DNA of 63,871 nucleotides, filler included, from Octopus bimaculoides (taxonomy: Eukaryota), in assembly GCF_001194135.2 (NCBI RefSeq). It is 5 parts of 4 records of this genome, joined end to end, with 100 filler letters (N's around TTAATTAATTAA, not from the genome) between each part and the next. Parts side by side here need not be neighbours in the genome. Positions count along the whole stretch, not along the records: positions 1 to 26,059 come from NC_068983.1; positions 26,160 to 50,734 come from NC_068990.1; 3 more parts are not named here. One strand, given 5' to 3'. The position numbers were made by a program, and so were the translations under genes. Shown here one piece after another: positions 23,966-35,399 of this stretch (its first letter is position 1; each line of letters starts with the position of its first letter). A model generated the notes under the pieces. The model worked only from the letters and a program-made list of their open reading frames with translations, made no database searches and was not told the DNA's origin.

Positions 23966-26059
23966 ATATATATATACATACATTCATACATATAATGGGT
24001 TTTTTTCATTTTCCGCCTACTAAATAAATCCACTCGTTTATATCTCTATATTCCCTGCCTTAAACCTATATCCCTATATTCCCTGCCTCACACTCTTGAA
24101 AACTTGCCTGATCTTCTGTTCCTATCTCCCTAACTTGTTCCTCAGTGCCCATTGCCCTCACTCACATTCACCCTCCTGTGCCTTCAGGGCATGTCACCTC
24201 ACTTCATCACAATTGTCTTCTTTCCTTTTCCAGATGCTGTAAAGTCTCAAGCAGTCCTGTTAATTCACTTGATGACTTCAACTAGTGTGTTTTAGCACTA
24301 CCTCCCAGCTACACAATTACACATAGCTGAATACCGTACTTGACTGGTACCCAGTTGGATAGCAACTAATTCTGTATTGGTTTTTCATTTCAACTTGGAC
24401 TTCAGATCAGCAAATAGCGCCAATGCCCTTCTGGGTCCAGAATTCACATTTTCAAATTTTATCTCTTGTCATATTGCTTCAGTGTCAGCCACTTTCCTTG
24501 GCATGTTACCCTTAATGATATTGTCAAACATGGTTTGGACAAAATTGGTTTTCTGTGGGGATCAGCAAATGACTCAATGAAAGACATTACAATTTTCCTG
24601 TTCTGAGACAACAAGTCTTTCGTCTGGGATGCAACCTGCAACAATATTGTCTTTAGTGTTAGTCTGGTGAAGTCAAGACTGCATCTAGATGTTTACAACT
24701 GCATCAGACCCACAAAATACCAACTGTTCTTCAAAAGTGCTTTTTTTTTCTCTCCGTGCCAAAACAAGCCCCACTCAAGTTGACTGACATAAAAATTGCC
24801 ATCCATAGAAATGAACCCTGCATATTGCAATGACTCTTAAACACATCTTGTTTATCATTCTTTGGCATTTTATCTGCCGGAACTACAAAATATTTGCAAT
24901 ATTTAACACTTACAGTATGTCTATATCAAATATAAGTCATAAGAAAAAAATGAATGTTGTTTATATTAGTTTTTTTTTACTCAATATAACAGTAACANNN
25001 NNNNNNNNNNNNNNNNNNNNNNNNNNNNNNNNNNNNNNNNNNNNNNNNNNNNNNNNNNNNNNNNNNNNNNNNNNNNNNNNNNNNNNNNNNNNNNNNNNNN
25101 NNNNNNNNNNNNNNNNNNNNNNNNNNNNNNNNNNNNNNNNNNNNNNNNNNNNNNNNNNNNNNNNNNNNNNNNNNNNNNNNNNNNNNNNNNNNNNNNNNNN
25201 NNNNNNNNNNNNNNNNNNNNNNNNNNNNNNNNNNNNNNNNNNNNNNNNNNNNNNNNNNNNNNNGTGCGTATGTGCTCGTGTGTGTGTGTGTGCATGCGTG
25301 TGCGTGCGTGCGTGCGTGTGCGTGCGTGCGTGCGTGTATGCATGTATAACCAAACTATTTATTTATTTTGTATAGAATTATAATATTTTTATAAATATTT
25401 TTCACAAAGCTTTCTTTCCAACACTGATAAAGCTTTATTTCATATTTAATTTAATTTACTTTAAAAACTATAGCCAGGTTGATGCTTTTTTTTTATATTA
25501 CCCGTCATACTATAATTTTATTCGTACTTTAACATTTTTATTCTATTTCAACAATGTGTCCTCATTTCTCAATTTTTGTTGTTTTCTTCTGCCTTCCAAG
25601 CTAATGCCTAACAGCAGCCATAACTTCTACCTTAGTCAGCATACAGTTGCTTGCGTTCACATGCTGCTATTCCATGCACTTCACATAACGTTGAAGTAAA
25701 TAAATTCAGTGGAAACGAAGCAGTTAAGGTTAATATACTCCGACTTCATCATTTGGCAACCTTTCTATCTCAAGAGTTATATACTGTCGTATATAACTTG
25801 AGATAGAAAGGGATAGATCTCTCAATCCCTCATTTCATATTGTCTACTTGGCAAGGCATTGTTATGCTTTTAAAGATCCTGTTAATTAAATAATTGCTAT
25901 AGTTAATAAAATGATTTCTTGCTTAGGTTGATAGGATATTTTATTACATTCGTTATCTATCTATCTATCTATCTATCTATATCTATATCTATATCTATAT
26001 ATATAAGTATGTACATATATGTGTGTATACATGTATATATATTCTTTGTATTATTACAT

Positions 26060-26159
26060 NNNNNNNNNNNNNNNNNNNNNNNNNNNNNNNNNNNNNNNNN
26101 NNNTTAATTAATTAANNNNNNNNNNNNNNNNNNNNNNNNNNNNNNNNNNNNNNNNNNNN
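26060..26159. other. Artificial scaffold-join linker (44 N + TTAATTAATTAA + 44 N)
   Basis: Palindromic six-frame stop 12-mer at 26104-26115 inside a linker of exactly 100 bp. Identical at three other sites. Confidence 0.95.
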
Positions 26160-26289
26160 TGGGGCTCTGCCTTGAGGGGTGGATTTTGTCAAGCAAATCC
26201 ACAGGGATGTAAACAAATCAACATTCATTGTCAGGCAATGGTGGGGACCAAAATCAGTCACATGGATGACTGGATGGACAGACGGACGG

Positions 26290-26483
26290 ACTGGCCTTCG
26301 TGCCGGTGGCATGTAAAAGCACCCACTACACTCTCGGAGTGGTTGGCATTAGGAAGGGCATCCAGCTGTAGAAACTCTGCCAAATCAGATTGGAGCCTGG
26401 TATAGCCATCTGGTTCACCAGTCCTCAGTCAAATCGTCCAACCCATGCTAGCATGGAAAGCAGACGTTAAACGATGAAGATGA
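26290..26483 (+). mobile_element. RTE-type 3' tail
   Basis: gtgccggtggcatgtaaaagcacccactacactctcggagtggttggcattaggaagggcatcc... Confidence 0.75.
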
Positions 26484-26503
26484 ATAGTAATAATAATAAT
26501 AAT

Positions 26504-26720
26504 GGCTTCAAATTTCAGCACAAGGCCAGCAATTGTGGGGTGAAGGGTTAAGTCGATTACATCAACCTCAATATTCAACTGGTCCTTATTTTATCAACCC
26601 CAAAAGTATGAAAGACAAAGTCGACCTTGGTGGAATTTGAACTCAGAAACGTAAAGACAGATAAAATGCCACTTAACATTTTGCCCAGCGTGCTAACAAT
26701 TCTGCCAGCTCACCTCCTTA
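26504..26720 (-). mobile_element. SINE family B
   Basis: Full head, core and tail, with (AAT)n at the tail side. Confidence 0.85.
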
Positions 26721-26744
26721 ATACTAATAATTATAAGTATTATT

Positions 26745-27036
26745 ATTATTATCATTGCCTAACGCTGGAGATGTACTACAGTGTCAGCTGTTCACTACCA
26801 GTGAACTAAGGTAACACCCCTTATTTTTCGAGCACCTTCCAGAGTATTCCGGTGGTTCCAAGCAGTGCTGTTTTCTGCAAGTGCTCCACCCTTATTGCAG
26901 CCCCTATTTGTTCCACGTACTTCTCGAGATGTTTGCTCACTGTTCCCAGGGCTCCGACAATTATTGGTATTACTAGCACCTTTTTCATCGACCACAACTG
27001 CTTTACTTCCCAAGCTAACCTGTCATATCTCTCGAC

Positions 27037-27045
<9 letters not shown>
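26745..27045 (-). pseudogene. R4/Dong-clade LINE 3' end (restriction-like endonuclease C-terminus)
   Basis: RYDRLAWEVKQLWSMKKVLVIPIIVGALGTVSKHLEKYVEQIGAAIRVEHLQKTALLGTTGILWKVLEK* (stop 26821-26823). (TAA)n flanks both sides on the element's sense strand. Confidence 0.8.
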
Positions 27046-27070
<25 letters not shown>

Positions 27071-27997
27071 CTACACTAGCAACAACAGTTGAAAGAGGCA
27101 TCTTCTGCCTGGTTGGCCAGCTTGAGAGAAATAGTTGATAGATCTCCCTCAAATCACATTTTTTCCACTGTCTTCAGAAAATAAAAGGAACAAGACATCG
27201 TTTGATGTAGTCTTTGGTGGACTGTCTCAGGAAAGAAAATAATGATAGGACTGATCATGTGTCTGCTCAATCAGAGCTAAACAACAACTACTACCACTAC
27301 AACTACTACCACTACAACTACTACCACTACTACTACTACTGCGGTCATCATTAGTGCATATTAATTTCCCTCCCCTCCCCGCCATCATCGCCATATTTTC
27401 TTCCGGCTCAGTAAAATCTCAGTAAATTTTCCTATAAAACTCTTCTGGAGATGAAGATCTTTATCTGTTGATGTTGGAGTTTGACGTCTTTCATGTCAAG
27501 CAGGAGTTTAATCAGGGGCATTATTACATCACCAGTAATTAAAGACTAAAACTGGTTGTTATTGCCCTGCCGGAGGAGAAGAGAGAGAGAGAGAGACTGT
27601 GTGGGGGGATGTGGTGGTGGTGGTGATTTTAAAGTAAATGGTGATTGGGATGATGAGATACTTGTGCTGTGGCAGGGGGAGGGGAGTGAAACTATTAATA
27701 ATAATGGTGGTGGTGGTGATCTTTGCAGTGATTGGAGTACTTGTGGTTGCCATGGTGACTGAGAATGATGCAGTAGTTTTGACTGTGGTAGCAGTAGTAG
27801 TTGAAAGTGATTGACTTGGTGACTGACATCTCTGTACACTATTGTCTTTGTGTCTTCAGTGGTGGTGGTGACGGCGATGGTGGTGGTGGTGGTGGCGGCG
27901 GTAGTGACAACTCTAGTGTCATTAAGAGCTTTAATTACTTTCTTCCAATGGAGAAGGGTTTCAATGTGACCCCAAATAACCAGCATCACACAGGCTT

Positions 27998-28088
27998 TTA
28001 TCTTTTATTTGTTTCAGACATTTGACTGCGGCCATGCTGGGGCACCATCTTGGAAAATTTTTAATCAAATAAATCAACCCCAGTATTT

Positions 28089-28143
<55 letters not shown>

Positions 28144-28345
28144 TCACTCACTCACTCACTCACTCACTCACTCACTCACTCACTCACATGACAGGCTTCT
28201 TTCAGTTTCCATCTACCAATTCCACTCACAAGGCATTGGTTGGCCAAGGTCTATAGTAGAAGACACTTGCCCAAGGTGTCATGCAGTGGGACTGAACCTA
28301 GAACCATGTGCTTGGGAAGTAAGTTTCTTACTACACAGCCACACT
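27998..28345 (-). mobile_element. SINE family A with (CA)n/(CTCA)n expansion
   Basis: Tail gtttcagacatttgactgcggccatgctgg and head ...ctacacagccacacttgcac. Confidence 0.8.
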
Positions 28346-28764
28346 TGCACATTTAAATTAATGAAATATATGCATAAATTATAAAATAGGTAAAATAAAT
28401 TAAATAATAAATACATAGATGGGACTAATTGAAGAAATAAAATAGTCTGGATTGATAAACGGTCTCGATTTGAAAGTTAGTCAAATATTCTGGACAAACA
28501 AATATGCAATACTGGCCCCTTCTTTTTAACTGTTTATCCCTTTAGTAGAAGAGAATCTTAAGTTTTACTGGGTGCAGGGTGATCTCACTGCTGCATCCAG
28601 TCCATGCTGTAAAAGTGGCTGGCATTAGGAAGGGCTTCTGACTGTAGAAACCATGCCAAGGTAGACATTGGAGCATGATGTAGGCTTTGAATTAGTTGGA
28701 TCTTTGAAAATAGAAATAATACATTTCTAAATCTCTCAAAGAGATTTATACAGTAGCAGCACAA

Positions 28765-28989
28765 TAAAGTGATGGTATGTTGTCAACTTAATATGACAGT
28801 CCCACGAAAGGGAAGAATGCTACTGTTATTTAGCCCTAGGAAACACTGTTTCCTGTTGGACTTGAAACATGAGGACACAGGAAATGTGTCAAGTCCAACA
28901 GGAAACGGTGTTTCCTAGGGCTAAATAACAGTAGCATTCTTCCCTTTCGTGGGACTGTCACATTAAGTTGACAACATCCTATCACTTTA
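28765..28989. repeat. 225-bp near-perfect inverted repeat (foldback/MITE-like)
   Basis: Arms of about 105 bp with only about 5 mismatches. The central 88-bp arm pair differs at 2 positions. Loop is about 13 nt. Confidence 0.9.
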
Positions 28990-29467
28990 GTTGGATCTTG
29001 TTGAGTCAAACTAGCCAACCCATGCCAGTAACCCTTTTAGGGTTGATGGAATAAGTACCGGTTAAATACTGAGGTTGATGTAATTGGCTTACCCCACCCT
29101 TCGAAATTGCTGGCCTTGTGCCAAAATTTGAAACCAATATTTAGGATGATGGTTTATAATGAACCCTCCCTCTGTTCTCTCTCTCCCCCTCCTATTCTCC
29201 CTTTCTCTTCTCTCTCTCCCTCCCTCTGTTCTCTGTCTCCCTCTTTCTTTTCTCTTTCCTCTTTCTCTACTCTCTCCTCTCTCCCTTTCTCTTCTCTCTC
29301 TCCCCCTCTCTCTGTTCTCTTTCTCTCTCCCCCTCTCTCTGTTCTCTTTCTCTCCTCTCTCTCTCCTCTCTCTCTGTTCTCTCTCCCTCCCTCTCTCTAA
29401 AATTCTACCTAATTCTTCATTTCCCATTTTTTCTCCCCTTTCTCATTCTTCTCTTTCTCTCCCAAAG

Positions 29468-29724
29468 GTTGCTTGACACTCATGGGAACAATTGTGATGG
29501 CAGTGAAAGGAAAAGATTACCTTTACGCCATGAAAACTCATAATTACCGAACAATAAACAATTTTCCAACTTTGACAAACGTTGACCTCACCGGACAATT
29601 AACGGTCGGCTGGTCCTTGGCCCTGGCCATAGTCTCTGGGTGCTTCACCCTGATAGGCTTTGGAATTTGGTTCACAGAATATCAAGTCTTAAAAACTGCT
29701 GAAGAAAACAACAATACCAGGTGA
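29468..29724 (+). CDS. Exon of a PMP22/EMP/claudin-clan tetraspan membrane protein (TM3, loop, TM4)
   Basis: Long pyrimidine tract plus cccaaAG acceptor at 29467. Phase-1 exon reads GCLTLMGTIVMAVKG...LTVGWSLALAIVSGCFTLIGFGIWFTEYQVLK, with the GWSxxLA motif typical of clan TM4. It ends either at TGA 29722-24 or at donor CAG|GTGAGG after 29720. Confidence 0.75.
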
Positions 29725-30974
29725 GGATAAAACAAAAAAGAAGAAAACTGGACAAAAAATAAAACAATTGGACAAAAAAAAATATTGAAAAGAAAAGAAA
29801 AAGAATACAAATGTTTGTTTTGAGAATCTCAGAACAAGAATTGATGATGTGTATGGAACATTTGGAGTCAAAAGATATATTTTTATTTATTTTGGTTTTT
29901 CTTGTTTTTATTTAATTTAAATTTTTTTTTAGTTTTATTTATTTATTTATTTTTGAAGATGAAGAAAAATTTTTTGAAGAAAAGGAAAAAAATATTTTTA
30001 AATGTTTTCTTTTTTTTTTAAATTTTATCTATATAATTTATAAATCTAATTNNNNNNNNNNNNNNNNNNNNNNNNNNNNNNNNNNNNNNNNNNNNNNNNN
30101 NNNNNNNNNNNNNNNNNNNNNNNNNNNNNNNNNNNNNNNNNNNNNNNNNNNNNNNNNNNNNNNNNNNNNNNNNNNNNNNNNNNNNNNNNNNNNNNNNNNN
30201 NNNNNNNNNNNNNNNNNNNNNNNNNNNNNNNNNNNNNNNNNNNNNNNNNNNNNNNNNNNNNNNNNNNNNNNNNNNNNNNNNNNNNNNNNNTTATTGACCG
30301 CTCCAAAAAGGTGAAAGGCAAAGTCGACCTCGGTGGAGTTTGAACTCAGAACATAGTGACAGGTGAAATACCATTAAGCATTTCGTCCAGTACGCTTATT
30401 AACTCTGCCAGCTCACCACTAAATAATAATAATAATAATAATAATCTTTTCTACTCTAGGCACAAGGCCTAAAATTTTGGGGGAGGGGGCCAGTCGATTA
30501 GATCGACCCCAGTATGCAACTGGTACTTAATTTATTGACCCTGAAAGGATGAAAGGCAAAGTCGACCTTGATGGAATTTGAACTCAGAACATAGTGACAG
30601 GTGAAATACCATTAAGCATCTCGTCCAGTGCGCTAATAACTCTGCCAGCTCACCACCTTAATAATAATAATAATAATAATCCTTTCTACTTTAGGCACAA
30701 GGCCTGAAATTTTTGGGGAGGGGAATAGTCGATTATACTGACGTCAGTACTCAACTGGTACTTCTTTTAAGAACAAAAAAAGAATCAGAAGAATACTTCT
30801 TCGAAATAATTCATTCTAATTTTGACACAAGGCCAGCAATTCTGAGGGGCAGGGGCCCTGAGAAGGTGAGCAAATCAATTACATCAACCCACGTACTCAA
30901 CTGGTACTTTATTTTATCTACCCTGAAGGAGTGAATAATAATAATGTTTCAAATTCTTTCAGCTCACTGTCTTC

Positions 30975-31010
<36 letters not shown>

Positions 31011-31851
31011 GTTTCTAATTTTTGACACAAGGCCAGTAATTTTGAGAAAAGGGTAGTTGATTACATCAACCCCAATGCTCAACTGGTGTGTATCTTATCA
31101 ACCCTTTATTGACCCCAGAATGGATGAAAAGCAAAGATGACTTTGATGGTATTTGAACTCATAATGTAAAACTAAAAGAAATATCTCTAAGCATTTTGTC
31201 CAAAACACTTCTGATTCATCATCATCATCATCATCATTTAATGTCCACCTTCCATGCTAGCATGGAACGGTTTTATAAGAGCTGGCCAGGCTGAAGTTTG
31301 CACCAGACTTCTGTGACTGTTTTGGTAGGATTTCTACAGCTGGATGCCCTTCCTAACACCAACCACCCAGCAGAGTGGACTTAGTGTTTTTTATGTGGCA
31401 CAGACACAAATTCTGCCTTAATAATAATCCTTTCTACCATAAGCACAAGGCATGAAATTTTGTGGGGAGGGGCCAGTCGATTACATCAACCCCCAGCCCT
31501 CAGCTGGTATTCATTTCATCAGCTCTGAAAGGATTAAGGGCAAAGTTGACCCCAGTGAAATTTGAACTCAGGACATAAGGAGCTGAAAGAAATGCTTAGT
31601 AGCATTTCATCCAGCTTCAGGTTCTACCAGCTCTCACCACCTTCTGAATTATAACAGCTTCAAATTTTGGCACAAGGCCAGCAATTTGGGGTGGTGGAGA
31701 TAAGTCAATTATATTGAACCCCATCATCAATCAACTGGAACTTAATTTATCAACCCTGAAAGGATGAAAGGCAAAGTTGACCTTGGTGGAATTTGAACTC
31801 AGAATATGCAGATGGACAGAATGCTAATGATCCTGCCAGCTTGCTGCTCAA

Positions 31852-32073
31852 CCCTTTTGTTACCAATCCAGCTGAAACTGGCTCTGGCTCTATTGTATAA
31901 ATGTTTTGTTTTCATAAGTTTTGAATTAAAATCTTCCACCAAACCTTAGTCACAATTTATGTTCCCAACGCTATCTTAATGATAACTAAGTTATTTTAAT
32001 AAATTCTTTGTTATATTTAAAATTAATTGAAAGAAACCCAGAGCATCTCAACAGAAATATGGTAATGAAAGGG
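31852..32073. mobile_element. piggyBac-type MITE
   Basis: CCCTTTTGTTACC...GGTAATGAAAGGG TIRs, flanked by TCAA and TTAA. Confidence 0.8.
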
Positions 32074-32102
32074 TTAATAATGATAATAATAATAATAATA
32101 AT

Positions 32103-32447
32103 GTTTTTTTATTGGCCACAAGGGCCGAACACAAAACAAAGAAGGACATAAAAAACTAGAGATATGAGGTTTATCACTAAAATCAAGTAAACAATAAAAT
32201 AATGATGACAATTAACAATACAATTAACCAATATAATTCACGCAGAACTGGGGGGAGTTCCTCACAGAGACAACCAAGGAACCCCCACACATTCTGGTTA
32301 TCCCGACCACCAGATGCACCTCTCTACTTCTCAACTCGTCCGGTTTACAACTAAGAGTTCAAAGTAGGCCCATTTTCATGGGTCATCCTTATTACATTCA
32401 CCCACCTATCAACAAATTTACTGAGGTGGTGGGGAAGAATTTCCCTA
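32103..32447 (-). pseudogene. 5'-truncated Tx1 LINE (last ORF2 codons plus 3' UTR)
   Basis: KFVDRWVNVIRMTHENGPTLNS* aligns with the C-terminus of the 5.9-kb Tx1 copy. Tail CCCTTGTGGCCAATAAAAAAAC followed by (ATT)n. Confidence 0.75.
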
Positions 32448-33222
32448 TAATAATAATCCTTTCTACTAAAAGCACAAGACCTGGAATTTTGGGGGAGGGA
32501 ACTTGTTGATTACATCAACTCCAACACTTAACTAGTATTTGTTTTATTGACCCCAAAAGGATGAAAGGCAAAGGTGACCTCTGCAGAATTTGAACTCAGA
32601 GAGTAAAGATGGACAAAATGCTGCTATGCATTTTGCCTGATACAGTAATGATTCTGCCAGCTCACTGCCTTAATTATAATAATAATCCTTTCTACTGGAA
32701 GCACAAGGCCTCAAATTTGGTGGGAAGGGATTAAGTCGATTACAATGGTCCCAGTGTATAACTGGTACCTATTTAATTGACCCCCCGAAAGAGTGAAAGA
32801 AAAAGTTGACCTCAGCGGAATTTGAACTCAGAACGTAAGGATGGACAAAATACCACTAAGCATTTCGCCCAACATGCTAACAATTCTACCAGCTCACCAC
32901 CTTTTTAATAATAATAATAATGATCATCTGGTGTACAAAGTGTGTTTAGTGATGGAATTAGTATGTGGTAGATGGGGGTGAGGGTAGCTGTGCAGTTAAG
33001 AAGTTTGTTTTGCAACAATATGATTCTAAGAGTGATCACAATGCACAACACCTTGCACTGGTATCTTTTACCGAAGCCTTGACTGACCAATGCTTTATGA
33101 ATGGAATCTAACCGGTAAGAAACTATGCAGAAGCCCATTATATATGCATACACTTGCGTGTGTGTGTGTGTGCATATGTATGTATATATATATATATATA
33201 TATATCTATATATATATATATA

Positions 33223-33460
33223 CTAGCAGCTAAGCCCGGTTTCACCTGGTCGGTTTGGATGATGTGGCTGTAAAACCTGCTCTGTGTAAACATTCAACTT
33301 GTTTGGCCACGCTTACATTAAAAAGCGATTTTAGAATGACTTTTTTCTGTCAAAATGCTAAAAATAACTGACCAACAAAAAAATACCAAGATTCAACCAA
33401 ATCAAAAAATGAACCCGAATACTAAATGAAGAAAGATTAACTATCCCACTTCCATGTACA
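33223..33460 (-). mobile_element. Helitron-like 3' end
   Basis: Minus strand: CCAGGTGAAACCGGG hairpin, then CTAG|T at 33223 beside (TA)n. The 5' limit is uncertain. Confidence 0.55.
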
Positions 33461-33640
33461 CACACACACATTCACATACCCCCACTTTTACATACACACA
33501 TATATTCACACAAAGTTGAAAGGCTGTTTGATTTATTCTTTTCAGCTTACAATTTTCCATCATCCCACTACCAAGTATGACATCACCCCTTCCTTCCTTA
33601 TTCATCTATCACCCCTTCCTTTCTCATTCATAAACACGAG

Positions 33641-33815
33641 TATTATTATAGCAGATTATCTCGGTAACCATGGGAGCTATGAAAAAAATACAAACCCAGC
33701 AACACCACTGGATCATTCTACACATCTGTGTAATTTTTCGCGCAATTCCACCCAGTCCTTTGACAGTGAATCCCAAGACAAGAAAGAATCGCCTGTGTCA
33801 AATTTATATGTTTAG
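33641..33815 (+). CDS. Probable terminal exon (cytoplasmic tail ending -SNLYV) of the claudin-like gene
   Basis: First AG after a roughly 65-nt AG-free pyrimidine tract (33639-40). It joins the phase-2 donor at 29720 in frame: ...NNNT-S-IIIADYLGNHGSYEK...KKESPVSNLYV*. The acceptor is the rarer GAG type. Confidence 0.5.
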
Positions 33816-33933
33816 ATAATATGTATGAATATATATAATAGATATGTTGTACAGCTCATTCCATCTTTAGATGAAATGGAGGAAGCTAGGTTTTCATTAC
33901 TTTTTTCAATTGCTAACACTATCAGTGATAACT

Positions 33934-33974
<41 letters not shown>

Positions 33975-34347
33975 CTGGGCCAGTTGCAAAGTAACCCCTA
34001 CTTGTGTGATATCATGAAAAAAAAAAAAACGCCCAGTACGCTCTGAAAAGTAGTTGATGCTAGGAAGGGCATCCAGCCAGAGAAATCCTACCATAACAAA
34101 TAGCACAACAGTCCCCTGACTGAATGGATCATGTCAAATCATACCTGCACTGAGAGCATGTTAAATGATGCAGATCACCACATGCATACATACACACTGT
34201 AAAGCAGAACTTTTTAAATATATATTGTAAGCTCTACATGTGTGTATTGAGTACTTTTCCAGTGAATAGATGAACGTTTCATTATACGAGTTATAAAAAC
34301 ACATTAATACACAAACACGTGTGTGTGTATTTTTTTGCCAATGTATA

Positions 34348-34704
34348 TTCTTTTACTTGTTTCAGTCATTTGACTGCGGCCATGCTGGAGCACCACATTT
34401 AGTTGAGCAAATCGACCCCAGGACTTTTTCTTTGCAAGCTTAGTACTTATATGTATTGGTCCCTTTTGCCAAACCACTAGGTTACGGGGACGTAAACACA
34501 CCAGCATCAGATGTCAAGCGATGATGGGACACACACATATATATATATGACAAGCTTCTTTTAGTTTCCATCTGCCAAATCCATTCATAAGGCTTTGGGT
34601 GGCCCAAGGCTATAGTAGACAACACTTACCCAAGGTGCCACACAGTGGGATTGAACCCAGAACCATGTGGCTGGTAAGCAAGCTACTTACCACACAGCCA
34701 CTCC
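34348..34704 (-). mobile_element. SINE family A, near complete
   Basis: Tail, internal microsatellite and head are all present. Confidence 0.85.
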
Positions 34705-35399
34705 TATATATATATATATATATATATATNNNNNNNNNNNNNNNNNNNNNNNNNNNNNNNNNNNNNNNNNNNNNNNNNNNNNNNNNNNNNNNNNNNNNNN
34801 NNNNNNNNNNNNNNNNNNNNNNNNNNNNNNNNNNNNNNNNNNNNNNNNNNNNNNNNNNNNNNNNNNNNNNNNNNNNNNNNNNNNNNNNNNNATATATATA
34901 ATTTTATCAAGAGAAAATCAAAATCCCATTATTTTCAAATAAAATATAACTTGTGTAGTATTTACTCCTCAGTGAGTTATCCAGGCAATCCCATTGTCAC
35001 TGCCAGCAATAAAAAAAAAGATCCAGCTATCAGTCTGGAGGAAACCTGCAATCAATACTTGTGATATAAAACCTACAGATATATAACTGCCATAGTCTGG
35101 GACTGCAGTATACTCATTCTATAGCTTACAACTTGTGAAATGAGATTGTAGGATGTGTAAACTATGTTCAACAGCCTGTACTTGGTATTTAAAACACCAG
35201 AGAATATATTTGACTGGGATACAACTGATCGTTCTAAATACTGCAGTTAGTTGTTTGCTATATAACCCTACAGGATGTTTGGGATAAATTTGACAGTTTA
35301 CATAAAAGGAGAAGAAAACAATATCCAAAAATAAAAGCAATTTTAAAAAAATCAAAAAATATCAAAACTCAAATCACAATCAAATGGAAATTGTAGTTG

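Larger units (their letters stand above)
30291..32905 (-). mobile_element. Head-to-tail array of about 9-10 family B SINEs separated by (AAT)n
   Basis: Copies at about 30291-30420, 30446-30659, 30681-30765, 30815-30930, 31010-31420 (split by an RTE tail), 31428-31642, 31657-31847, 32458-32672 and 32686-32902, all on the minus strand. Confidence 0.9.

Noticed and set aside
24250-24830. Coding-like minus-strand sequence
   Set aside because: Multiple stops and no motif I could assign. Probably a decayed transposon; BLASTX is needed.
27546-28025. Gly/Thr/Pro-rich ORFs on both strands
   Set aside because: They are driven by (GGT)n and (AGT)n low complexity, with no recognisable domain or convincing splice pair. 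No upstream claudin exon was found here.
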